Shown: piece by piece, positions 1 through 11,223 of the stretch
Layout of the letters: each line of letters starts with the position of its first letter
How positions within the stretch are numbered: the stretch's first letter is position 1
DNA from: Octopus sinensis
Lineage: Eukaryota
Length of the DNA: 22,289 nt
Direction of reading: 5' to 3'
NCBI RefSeq assembly: GCF_006345805.1
Contig: NW_021836995.1
Span: forward strand, 1 to 22,289
Notes under the pieces: model-generated
What the model was told of the DNA's origin: nothing
Databases searched by the model: none
The model's input: the letters and a program-made list of their open reading frames with translations, nothing else
Made by a program: the position numbers and the translations under genes

Positions 1-1320
1 ACAGGGATGCAGCAAATATTGGTGTACTTCCGTCAAAAAATCAGCCAGAAGTTAGGGATCCGGCCCAGCCCTAGGGTTTCCATTTGTGAGACTTTTTAAG
101 AACACGCTTTAGCTCTTCTACAATTGCCTACCATTTCTGCTTTTCAACTTCATCCAGCCTCGTTTTCTCACGTCCTATCCAGTGAGCTTCAGCATTATAT
201 TCTTTTTTTTTTTGTTGCTCCATCCAGAGCTCTTTCATTTCCTCAGTCTTAGGTGCCTCCTTTACTTTTATCTTGCCTTTGACAATTTCCCTATAAATTT
301 TGTTGCATTCGTCTTGAATACCTTTCGATAAAATTTGATTCTTTTGTCATACCTTCTAAGCCATTGGGCTTTTAATTGTATTCGTTATTTCATTAGTTCC
401 TTGGTTGCGGGGAGGTTTATAAAATCCTTTATTTCATATTTTTACGTGATATTTCTAGCTTGTTTCGTTTAACATTTACTCTTCTAGCAAGTTCATCGAG
501 AACTGGTACATCCGCACGCAGAGATTCGATCCCTTTTGTATTGCTATTTTCCACCTAGGAGGTCTATTGATATGGTCCCTTTCTGTGTTGTACTGAAACC
601 TACTTGAGCAGTTAAATTTCTAGCAGTGGAATAGATGAGGTTATTTACGATTGTTAGTTAATTTCCCTTATTTCCTAAGATCTGTCTTAGAGCAACATTA
701 TACACCATAGTATTGGTGTTAATTTTATGCTGTTTTAGAGCTTTGGTAGCAGTTCTCTATTGATCCTGTCAGTAAATTCAGTCTTGTTGGGTTCTCTCAT
801 ATCTTCTTTTGCTTCTATGATCTCTTTATTATTCACCTCAAATTCTGTTTCAAATATATTCTGGTGTTCATGAGGTAGGTCTACTTTTTTCACATATCTT
901 TTCTTCGCTATTCTGTCGTTCGGATGTACTGGTTGTACACTGGGTTCTGTGCATCAATTATCTATTTTATCTGCATTGTTGCAATTTTCATTTGGTCTGC
1001 CATGAGATATTTGTGTCCTAATTTGGTTACTTTCAGCGTCAGTTGATCTTTTATTCTTAATAATGTGTCTACGTACATTACTTAATTTGTTTGCGTCTAT
1101 ATATCTGCATACTTCGTTGCCTATAAAGTTTCTCCATGAAGTGTATGTTTGTACAATGAGGTCATTGTTTGGGTTTAGGTGAAATGTATAGAAAGCTTTC
1201 AACATATCTTTATAATCCTTTCTAGTTCATTTTATGCGTTTTGCTTTAGGGGGCGTTTTTGATGATGTCACTACAGCTCTAGGGTAAGGGTAATCGTGGT
1301 TCAGTAGGATAGTCTGTTTC
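1..1320 (-). mobile_element. Degenerate R4/Dong-like non-LTR retrotransposon, N-terminal ORF part up to the start of RT; runs off the left edge of the window
   Basis: The reverse complement is colinear with ~5800-7160 of the plus-strand copy. ORF 954-1205 (MLKAFYTFHLNPNNDLIVQTYTSWRNFIGNEVCRYIDANKLSNVRR) matches VLKAFYTAQLNPNNNLSVQTYISWRNSVGNDVRRYIDANKLSNVRR at ~5910-6050. Positions 1-200 match 6955-7160. It carries in-frame stops (e.g. TGG>TGA in KW at ~1226), so it is a dead copy. Confidence 0.9.
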
Positions 1321-1328
1321 AAATATAG

Positions 1329-2925
1329 TCGTGCAGGTCTGTCCACGAAAAACTTCACCTTCTTCGATACATCATAGAAAGGGCTGGGGCTAAAGCTGGC
1401 TTCGGGCGTACTCTGATCAATTCGGATCAATCCAAAGCATTCGAGAGCAACGGCCATCGCTACTTGGAAGCCAATCTGAAAGCAGATGGTTTCGGACCCG
1501 TTTTTAGAGACTGGATTGCTGCAATGCACAGCGGTACCTTTTCAGTGGCCAAAGTAAACGGCCACCTATCGGGGCTGTTTGGCATTACATGCTCGGGCCG
1601 TCAGGACTGCACACTGTCGCTTCTTCTCTACGTATTGGTTCTCGAGCCACTACTGCGAAACTTGGAACAGCTAAAGGGCATCCTTTGCGAACTGGGACGA
1701 TGAAGGACAGTGTCGGCATACGCGGTGACGCCACCGTTATGGTGTCGGACGCCTCCGAAGTGGAGACAGTCGGCACCATCCTAAAAGAATATGAGTCGGT
1801 TGCAGGGGCTAAAATTAACGCCGACAAATCGATGGATTTGTGGTTGGGCTCCCGGAGAGGCAGGACGATGCTATCGGAAGGCGTCGTTGGACGCTGGACC
1901 AACGGATCAGTTGAATTGATCGGGATCTGGTTTGGTCCAGACCTCCGGGTTGATAAGAACTGGGACGAGGTGGCGAACAGGGTAGCTAGTCTTACTCAAA
2001 AATGGGCTGAGAGGAAGTTAAGAGGATTAGGTATGCCATGGCTGCTCATGCGAAGACACGCCGTTAGGTTATGTCCCTCCAAAGATTTCTGGACGGTGAT
2101 TGAGTGTGGACTACGTGTGACGAGAATGAACTGTCTAGTGTGGTCCGGAGAACTTTTCGTTCGGGAACTATCATGGATAATTTCCAGGTGCTTTTGGCCT
2201 GGCATTGCTACCGATGGGTACTACCGGTTCGAGATAACTCTGCAGGCATGGATGTGCTGTCAGACGGGCTTGTCCGAGATGCGTGCTGTATGACGAAACC
2301 GTTCTGCACGTCCTCGTTCAGTGTCCGGGCATTGCTGTCACGTGTGGGACAGATCTGTCTGTCGGTCGTGTCTGTAGTGATGATCGCCCCGACGGCCTCC
2401 TTCAATCGGGCAGGCAGTTTTTCTTTCTCTAGTGGCTGTGGTAAAAGAAGTTATTTGGTGGATAAGGCTCTTTGGTAGAGCTCTCATTGACTTTTCAAGT
2501 TACCATGTAAAGGAAACTGAGAGTTGAGAGGGAAGTATTGTCTTCGAGTGAGTTTATTGAAAAGTGGATGAAAGTTGCGAACATGGCAAGAGTGTATGTT
2601 ACCTCTCTAAGTGTAGACCTGTGAGTCGAAGGGAAGGAATTGAGAGGCAGCAGTTGCTCTTGGGGTTTCAGGGAAGTCTGCGACAGTGAGGTTCCTCGAT
2701 TATCCCTAGAGGCCTTCCTGTATCAGGAGGGCCACATCTCTATAAACTACCCCAACACTTTTTAAAAAACCTTTGTATGCTATGCATATGTCTCTTCTTT
2801 TTCTGTGTATACCATGTTTACTTTCTTTCGTTCTTTCACTTTTTTAATCATTTTATTAAATCCTCACACTATATGTCTGTCTTCTATGGCCCCCTTACCC
2901 TTCGTGCTCGTGGCAAATAAGTGAA
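1329..2925 (+). mobile_element. 5'-truncated, internally deleted Tx1/L1-clade LINE (ORF2 RT + CCHC + 3'UTR), pseudogenised
   Basis: The frame from 1329 reads RSVHEKLHLLRYIIE...INSDQSKAFE...GRQDCTLSLLLYVLVLEPLL (RT domains; consensus-like DQSKAFD and RQGCPLSPLLY). The YADD motif at 1719-1729 is broken by a 1-nt deletion (TAC GCG G-T GAC). Downstream is GAKINADKS...LIGIWFG...KWAERKL, a CPRCx8Hx4C knuckle at 2271-2324, and an ORF end ...ARVYVTSLSVDL* with the stop at 2622-2624. A pyrimidine-rich 3'UTR ends at GGCAAATAAGTGAAA. Confidence 0.88.
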
Positions 2926-2978
2926 ATCATCGTTATTATTACTGTTATCATCATCATCATCATCATTATTATTATTAC
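2926..2978 (+). repeat. Mixed (ATC)n/(ATT)n microsatellite at the Tx1 3' end (tail or target)
   Basis: ATCATCGTTATTATTACTGTTATCATCATCATCATCATCATTATTATTATT directly follows the Tx1 3'UTR. Confidence 0.8.
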
Positions 2979-3010
2979 TATAATAAATTATAACAAGAGT
3001 AAAATGAAAA

Positions 3011-3253
3011 TAGTAGTAGTATTAGTAGTAGTAGTAATAATAATAATAATAATAATAATATTAATAATAATAATAATAATATATAAAAATAATAAAATAA
3101 TAATAATAATAATAATAATAATATAATATCATAATAATAATCATAATAATCATAATAATAATAATAATAATCATAATAATGATAATAATAGTAATAATAA
3201 TAATAATAATAAAAATAAAAATAATAATAATAATCATATTAATCATAATAATC

Positions 3254-3284
<31 letters not shown>

Positions 3285-3395
3285 TATAATAATAATAATA
3301 ATCATAATAATCATAATAATCATAATAATAATGAATGATAATAATAATAATATAATCCAATAATAATAATAATAATATAATATAATAATAAAAAT

Positions 3396-3449
<54 letters not shown>

Positions 3450-3450
3450 C

Positions 3451-3487
<37 letters not shown>

Positions 3488-3537
3488 TAATAATAATAAT
3501 AATGAAAATAATAATAATCATAATAATCATAATAATC

Positions 3538-3569
<32 letters not shown>

Positions 3570-3746
3570 CACAATAATAATAATAATTATATAATAATAA
3601 TAAAAATAATAATAATATAATAATAATAAAATAATAATAATAATAATAATAATAATCATAATAATAAAAATAAAAATAATAATAATAATAATGAAAATTA
3701 ATAATAATAATAATCATAATAATCATAATAATAATAATAATCATAA

Positions 3747-3777
<31 letters not shown>

Positions 3778-3801
3778 ACTATAATAATAATAAAAAATAA
3801 A

Positions 3802-3857
<56 letters not shown>

Positions 3858-4017
3858 ATGATAAAAATAATAATAATACATACTAATAATAATAATAATA
3901 ATAATAATATAATAATAATAATAATAATCATAATAATCAGATAATAATAATCATAATAATAATAATAATAATAATAATAGTAATAATAATAATAATATTA
4001 ATAATAATAATAATAAT

Positions 4018-4064
<47 letters not shown>

Positions 4065-4138
4065 TAATAATCATAATAATCATAATAATCATAATAATAA
4101 TAATAATAATAATAACAATAATAATAATCATAATAATC

Positions 4139-4169
<31 letters not shown>

Positions 4170-4342
4170 TAATAATAAAAATAATAATAATGATAATAAT
4201 AATAATAATCATTAATAATAATAATGATAATAATAATAATACTAATAATACTAATAATAAATAATAATAGCAATCATAATAATAATAATAATAATAATCA
4301 TAATAATCATAAAATAATAATAATCATAATCATAATAATGAA

Positions 4343-4379
<37 letters not shown>

Positions 4380-4612
4380 TATTAGATACTATAATAAATA
4401 ATAATAAATAATAATAATAATAATAAATAATAATAATAATATAAAAATATAATATAATAAATAATAAATAATAATAATAATAAGAATAATAATGATAATA
4501 ATAATTTAATAATATAATATATAAAATAATAATATAATAATAATAATAATGATATAATTTTAATAATAATAATAATAAAAATAAAAATAATAACAAAAAA
4601 TAATAATAAATA
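3011..4612 (+). repeat. Long degenerate (AAT)n microsatellite with CAT/AAA/GAT variants, preceded by a short (TAG)n
   Basis: Read directly from the sequence. It accounts for all poly-I/poly-Y ORFs at 3061-4596. Confidence 0.98.
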
Positions 4613-4910
4613 AGAAGAAGAAGAGAATAAGAAGAAGATAGAATAAGGAAGAAGAAGAAGAAGAAGAAGAAGAAGAAGAAGAAGAAGAAGGAGATCAGAA
4701 GAGAAGAAGAAGAAGAAGAAGAAGGAGAAGTAGAAGAGAAGAAGGAGAAGAAGAAAGAAGAACCAAGAAGAGAAGAGAAGAAGAAGAGATAAGAAGGAGA
4801 AGGAAGAAGAAGAAAGAAGAAGAAGTAAGAAGAGAAGAAGAAGAAGAAGAAGACAAAGAAGAAGAAGAGAAGAGAAGAAGAAGAAGAAGAAGAGAAGAAG
4901 AAGAAGAAGA
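4613..4910 (+). repeat. Degenerate (GAA)n purine tract
   Basis: Read directly from the sequence. It accounts for the poly-S/L ORF at 4695-5000. Confidence 0.97.
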
Positions 4911-5197
4911 ATTATAATAGCTCCGGGCTGAATAACAACATGGATGTTCCCTGGGAGCCTCTCTCCAAAAAAACGAATTTAATTCCAAGAAAGGTTCCAC
5001 AAAATATCTTTTCCAAATGTCTTTTAAGGCAAAGTAACTAAAAAGTCCGAACTATTATTGCCATATATAGTATGGTTTTCTTTCTTTTATGCATAATATT
5101 TCCATGTGACATGCATAAGAAATAGAAGCGAACATCAGAGCTCTTGAAAGACAGTAAGTACATAAATTGATTAATTAATTAATTAATAAATAAGTAT

Positions 5198-5293
5198 ACA
5201 TGCAACTGTTTATGCATACACGTACACATTTTAATTATAAAGTGTACATGCAACTGTTTGTGCATACATGTACCCATTTTTAATTATAAAGCA
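5198..5293. repeat. Two-copy ~48-bp tandem duplication
   Basis: TACATGCAACTGTTTATGCATACACGTACACATTTTAATTATAAAG is followed by TACATGCAACTGTTTGTGCATACATGTACCCATTTTTAATTATAAAG. Confidence 0.85.
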
Positions 5294-5589
5294 TAAATAA
5301 TGCTTACACGCGCTCACACGTACACACAGAAAAAAAACCACGTTACGCGGACGAAAACAAAACAAAAACAAAGCGATTTTTTCACGAACAAACGCAAAAA
5401 AGAGCAAATTGGTCACTGAATTTAGAAAGTCACTGAACAGTTATGCCCGGAAACATGACTACCAAAAAAATAGAGGCGAATTTCGATCTGTAAGTCTTAT
5501 GCGAGTTCGATATGAACAATATATTAATTCGGAGAGAATTCAGAAGCGGTGTTTTGTCAAAAAATTGACCATGTACAAACAGTCCCTTC

Positions 5590-8500
5590 TTCTAACGTCA
5601 CCGTCACAGAGGCGGCGGCTTGTCAAAAGTTGACTCTGAAAAAATGGACCCCTCTGATGTCGCCGTCAATCATTTAATGAAAACAAGCCAAAATCATGCG
5701 GATCGGTCATCGCCCGGGACAACAAGGACCGCGTTACCCAGTAGGGAACCAGACTGGGGTCGAAAAGTTGCTGCTGGAACAAACTCTCAAAAAGAACGAT
5801 CTACCATGTGACCAGAACCAGAATACTTCTAACTCTGGACTTGTAGTTGACAACCAAAAAACACCACCTAAAGCAAACGTATAAAATGGACCAAGAGAGG
5901 ACTATGAGATGTGTTGAAAGCTTTTTATACAGCCCAACTAAACCCAAACAATAACCTCAGTGTACAAACATACATCTCATGGAGAAATTCCGTAGGCAAT
6001 GACGTACGTAGATATATAGACGCAAATAAATTAAGTAATGTACGCAGAGATTAATTAAAAACAAAAGACCTAATTGACGCTGAAATTGACAAAATTAGGA
6101 CATAATAGCTCATGGTAGACAAAAGAAAACAGCAACAATGTACACGAAATTGGTAACAGTAGCACAGAAGCCAGTGTACAAGCGGCAAATCAACTTCCCA
6201 AGGGGAAGTTTAAACAAAGAATAGCGAAGACGAGAGATTTGAAAAAAGAGGAGAACTTAGACCTTCCTCAAGAAAACAAAATAGATATGACATAGATGAT
6301 GCGGGAATAATAGAGAAAAGATTATGGAAGCAAAAGTGGACATTATGAGAGAACTCGGCAAGATTGAGCTCACTGACATGGTTAATAGAGAACCACTACC
6401 AAAGTTTTCAAATGGCACAAGAAATAACAACACAATCATGACATATAACGTTGCCCTAGGACAGATCTTAAGAATAAGGGGAATGATTTGACAACCTTAA
6501 ATAATCTCATTTATTCCACTGCTAAAGAGTAACTACCCACAAGGTATTAAGATGACAAAGAAAAAAGACCAGGCATGTCAATGAACCTCCTAAGTGAAAA
6601 GTTAGCGATACAAAAAGAGATTGAATCTCTGCGGGCGGATGTTTCAGTTCTCGATGAGCTTGCTAGAGGAGTGAATATTAAGCCGAGAAAAGCTAGAAAA
6701 ATCAAGCAAAAATATAAAGCTAAGATCTCATAAACCTCCCTGCAACTAAGGACTGTTGAAACAACGGATACCGTTGAAAGCTCAACGGCTTAGAAGGTAT
6801 GACAAAAGAAACCAATTTTATCGACAAAATAAATTTGTTAAGACAGATGCAAAGAAATTTTATAGGGAAATTGGCAAAAATAAAATACACATAGAAGATC
6901 CACCTAAGCTTGAGGAAGTGGAGGAGTTCTGGAAGAAGGTATGGAGCAACGAAAAAGAGTTTATTATGCTGAGGCTGACTGGATAGAACGTGAGAAAGAG
7001 AGACTGGATGAACTTAAAGACAGAAATGGGAAGCAATAGGAATAGAGGAGCTAAGGTGTGTCCTTAGGAGGCTCATAAATGGAAAACCCCAGGACTGATC
7101 GGTCCCTAACTCCTGGCTGAATGTTTGACAGAGGTACACGAACATCTCGCTGCATCTCTGTCTGATGTCATTCAGAACCCCAGAGCAACTACCTGCTTGG
7201 CTGACTGAAGGAACCACCTACCTATTACCTAAAACCGAAGAGACAAAAAAACCAAAGAATTACCGGCCAATAACATGTCTCAACACCACCTACAAAATCC
7301 TCACATCCATAATAACGGAGAGAATGTACGCTTTCCTTGAACAAAATTCTATCCTTCCACAAGCTCAAAAAGGTTTGTAAAAGAAACTCTTATGGGTGCA
7401 AAGACCATTGCTCATAAACAGAATGATTGTAGAGAATTGCCGGAGCAAACAAAAACCTGAGTATGGCATGGATAGACCAAGGAAAGCGTATGACAGTGTC
7501 CCACATAAATGGATACTCAAGGCCCTGAGATATACAAGATCTCTCCTGTCGTCTCAAAATTCTTAGAGAATAGCATGACCATGTGGAACACACGTCTCTT
7601 TCTAAGCCATAGTAATGGGATGAGCCAGTCCAACAGCATCAACATCAAACGAGGCATCTTTCAAGGTGACTCCCTCTCTCCATTACTTTTTTGCATGGCA
7701 CTGTCCCACTCTCAAACGAATTGATAGTACCAGATATGGGTACAAAGTTTTTAGTAAGTTAATAAACCACCTTTTCTATATGGACGACCTAAAGCTGTTT
7801 GCCAGGGAATGACCGAGAGCTAGAAGGGCTGCTAACAAATGTTAAAGAGTTTAGCAATGATATCGGAATGGATTTTGGGGCCTTGATAAGTGTGCTAAAG
7901 CAACTTTTGTAAGAGGCAAGCTCAGGCAAACAGCTTCTGTTAAATAGATATTGACACTACATCAAGGGAACTTGACCCACAGGAAGTTACAAATACCTAG
8001 GAATCAACGAGGAGATGGTATCCATCATGCTACTATGAGGAAAAATAAGAAAGGATACTATAGGAGAATAAGGCTTGTACTGAAGACTGAACTCAACTCC
8101 AAAAATTGCATTGAGGCCATTAACACCCTGGCACTTCCAGTAGTCCAGTACAGTTTTTACATCATTAACTGGAACCTTACGGAACTCAACGCTTGGACAG
8201 GAAGACAAGAAAGTTACTGACATCTAAGAGCATGCACCACCCTAAGGCAGATGTAGACCGCTTGTACCTACATAGAAGCAGCGGGGGGAGAGGAATGATG
8301 CAATTAGAGCTGTGCTATAAGACCTCTACGTAGGAATGAACAGGTACCTATCTAGTACAAGGACTGGATGCTGCGACTTGTGTGCGAACACGAAAGTAGC
8401 AAAAGCTGCATTCTATTGTCAAGGAAGCTTATAAGTTCGAAGGGAACTAGACATTACCTTGAATCAGATGAAGAGCCGGAAACACTGCTACCCCCAGCCA

Positions 8501-9471
8501 AAGCAACAAGCGAATCAGCAGACTGCAAAAAAGAACGGCAGAATCAAATTGAGAGGCGGGGGAGTCAGAAGCCCCTGCATGGACCAATATATTCTCCGAA
8601 GCCAAATATTCTGCCATGTAGAACAACCCAATACATTAGTGGCTGAAGAGCTCTGGATTGAAAGCAGAGACTGAAGGCTTCATAATGGCAGCACAAGATC
8701 AAAGCTTGTTTACCAGAAATTACCAGGCTAAACGTTCTCCGAAACTGTACTGACCCTAAATGCAGATTCTGCGACACATTTGACGAAACGATAGACCATC
8801 TCGTTTCGGGATGTCCTGTGCTGACACCAAACGAATACAAAAATCGCCACGATAGGGTAGGACAGTATATCATTGGAAGATATGTAACCACTACAAATCC
8901 GACACTCCTGCTAAACTGGTATGAACACATCCTCAGCCAGTTGTTGAAGGTAAAGATGTCACCATCCTCTGGGATTTTCCAGTCAACACTGACAGAACGA
9001 TCAAGGCTAATCGACAGACATAATTGTTAAAGACAGGGAAAAAATACCTGCAGACTAATAGAAGTAAGCGTCCCCACTGATAAAAATGTATCTGTCAAGG
9101 AATTTGACAAACTTAGTAAATATAAGGACCTGGAAATCGAAATACAGAGGATGTGGAATCTTAAAACAAAAAACTGTTCCTGTTATTGTAGGTGCCCTAG
9201 GTATGATAAAAAGGATGTCAAGAAACACCTAGACATATCCCTGGAAAACCATGTCTCAAGGAAATCCAAAAGATTGTGCTAACAAGTACTGCCCCTCCTT
9301 AGAAAAACCCTATCAATGTAAATGTTTGGGTTGTATTACATGGAGATATTTCTCTACTTCCCCTCCCCAAGCTTTCAGCTATATTTCAACAACTCTTAAC
9401 CTTCACTTGCCCTAGGCGCTGGGTGTGCCCGGCATGTGATTGCATCTAACATGCATTTAAAAGTAAATGAC
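5590..9471 (+). mobile_element. Near-full-length R4/Dong-clade non-LTR retrotransposon (RT + CCHC + restriction-like endonuclease); 3' end abuts (AAT)n
   Basis: It has a single ORF architecture with a C-terminal RLE and no APE domain. The 3'UTR spans 9322-9471 and ends at AAGTAAATGAC|AATAATAAT. Dong-type R4-clade elements are known to target TAA repeats. The 5' boundary is uncertain (somewhere in 4920-5600). Confidence 0.93.
5696..9321 (+). pseudogene. Frameshifted R4/Dong polyprotein ORF (start uncertain)
   Basis: Joined frames give KNYRPITCLNTTYKILT (7255-7305), AWID..KAYDSVPH (~7465-7505), RGIFQGDSLSPLLFC (7650-7695), HLFYMDDLKLF (YMDD 7777-7788), FGLDKC, GGRGMMQLE, GLKAETEGFIMAAQDQ, CRFCx8Hx4C (8761-8814), RHD (8845-8853), R(P)DIIV (~9012-9028), LIEVSVP (9055-9075), KLSKYKDL, PVIVGALG, and LRKTLSM* (stop 9319-9321). 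It is interrupted by many +/-1 nt indels. Confidence 0.92.
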
Positions 9472-9491
9472 AATAATAATAATAATAATAA

Positions 9492-10041
9492 ATGCCCTGA
9501 TGCAGTACCTGGCAGTGGCTCTCATGGCTTCTGATCTACTGATGGAAGTGTTATCATGTACATTGTTTTGTCTTGGTATAAAAGATGAGCTACAGCACAT
9601 ATTCTGCTTAATACCACAGATTTGCTTGTCAGTTGTTTGTCCTTAACCAGTTGAGCATGTCCCTTAGTGGCTGACGATATGTGCATCTCTGATCACGAGC
9701 ATAATAGTGGGGGAGCATCATAGTCATGTGTGTGAGAGGGATTCTTTGGGGCTTGAATAATTCACCTCTGGAAACATGGTGGTTTCTTTCAACATCCTTA
9801 AACAACCCTTATTCAGGGACCTTTTGAGTGGGATGGGCTACTCAACCTGAAGAAAATTCTAACTGGGCCCCACCTGCAAGGTCATGTGCCGTTTATCTTG
9901 ATATGAGATCCCATGTCGCACACATATGGTTGTGATGCATGTGCCTGGTGTACCCTATCAGACGGGTAGTCATGATGGGTAATTGGGCTTCGTATATTTT
10001 GCCCCAGTGTCACTTTGATGGCATGCACTGCTCTCTCACTC
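9492..10041 (+). mobile_element. Unclassified ~550-bp (AAT)n-embedded non-coding element, copy 1 (sense strand unproven)
   Basis: Starts at TAA|ATGCCCTGATGCAGTACC and ends at CTCTCTCACTC|AATAAT. It is homologous to copies 2 and 3, has no coding similarity, and shows no TIR or clear A/B box. Confidence 0.85.
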
Positions 10042-10061
10042 AATAATAATATATAATAATA

Positions 10062-10107
<46 letters not shown>

Positions 10108-10114
10108 TAAAATA
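10042..10114 (+). repeat. (AAT)n spacer between units 1 and 2
   Basis: Read directly from the sequence. Confidence 0.95.
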
Positions 10115-10669
10115 ATGCCCGGATGCAGTACCAGGCATGGCTCTCATGCTTCTGATCTTAACTGATTGGAAGTGTTATCATGTACATTGTTTTGTCTGAA
10201 TAAAAGATGGGCTACAGCAAATATTCTGCTCAATACCACAGATTGCTTGTCAGTTGTTTGACCTTAACCAGTTGAGCATGTCCCTTAGTGGCTGACGATA
10301 TGTGCATCTCTGATCACGAGCAGCATAAGTAGTGGGGGAGCATCATAGCCATGGTGTTGAGAAGGATTCTTTGGGGTTTGAATAATTCACCTCTGGAAAC
10401 ATGGGTGTTTCGTTCAACGTCCTTAAACAACCCTTATTCAGGGACCGTTTGAGCGGAATGGGTTACTCGATCTGAAGAAAATTCTAACTGGGCTCCACCT
10501 GCAAGGTCATGTGCTGTGTTTTATCTTGATATGAGATCACCATGTCGCGCACATATGGTTGTGATGCGTCCTGTGTACCCTTATCAGACGGGTAGTCATG
10601 ATGGGTATACTGGGCTTCGTATATTTTACCCCAGTGTCACTTTGATGGCATGCTCTGCTCGCTCACTTC
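10115..10669 (+). mobile_element. Unclassified ~550-bp (AAT)n-embedded element, copy 2
   Basis: Starts ATGCCCGGATGCAGTACC and ends CTCGCTCACTTC|AAAATAAT. It is colinear with copy 1 along its full length, with scattered substitutions and small indels. Confidence 0.85.
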
Positions 10670-10671
10670 AA

Positions 10672-10754
<83 letters not shown>

Positions 10755-10776
10755 AATAATAATAATAATATAATAA
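10670..10776 (+). repeat. (AAT)n spacer between units 2 and 3
   Basis: Read directly from the sequence. Confidence 0.95.
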
Positions 10777-11223
10777 ATGCCCTGATGCAGTACCAGGCAG
10801 AGGCTCTCAATGGCTTCTGATCTTAACTGATTGGAAGTGTTATCATGTACATTGTTTTGTCTTGGTATAAAAGATGGGCTACAGCAAATATTCTGCTCAA
10901 TACCACAGATTTGCTTGTCAGTTGTTTGACCTTAACCAGTTGAGCATGTCCCTTAGTGGCTGACGATATGTGCATCTCTGATCACGAGCATAAGTAGTGG
11001 GGGAGCATCATAGTCATGTGTTGAAAGGGATTCTTCGGGGCTTGAATAATTCACCTCTGGAAACATGGGTATTTCGTTCAACATCCTTAAACAACTCTTT
11101 TTCAGAGACCATTTGAGTGGAGAAGCTACTCCACCTGACGAAAATTTTAACTGGGCCCCACTTGCAAGGCCATGCCCTGTCTATATATGAGATCCCCATG
11201 TGGCACGTATATGGTTGTGATGC

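Noticed and set aside
3061-5000. Long poly-Ile/Tyr/Asn/Ser ORFs
   Set aside because: They are translations of AAT and GAA microsatellites and show no coding signal.
5110-5160. Possible small exon (IEANIRALER) ending at ACA|GTAAGT
   Set aside because: Only a donor-like motif and a short open frame. There is no homology or partner exon I can identify.
9671-9790. CTGACGA (9671) and GAAAC (9771) inside the 550-bp unit suggested a hammerhead (retrozyme)
   Set aside because: Helix I cannot form next to the putative cleavage triplet, and helix II would be ~90 nt and not closed at GAAA. A covariance search is still worthwhile.
9405-10041. Weak TTGCCC...GGCATG resemblance between the LINE 3'UTR and the 3' end of the 550-bp unit
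   Set aside because: Two 6-mers with different spacing, and TTGCCC is TTACCC in copy 2. This is not enough to claim a shared 3' end.
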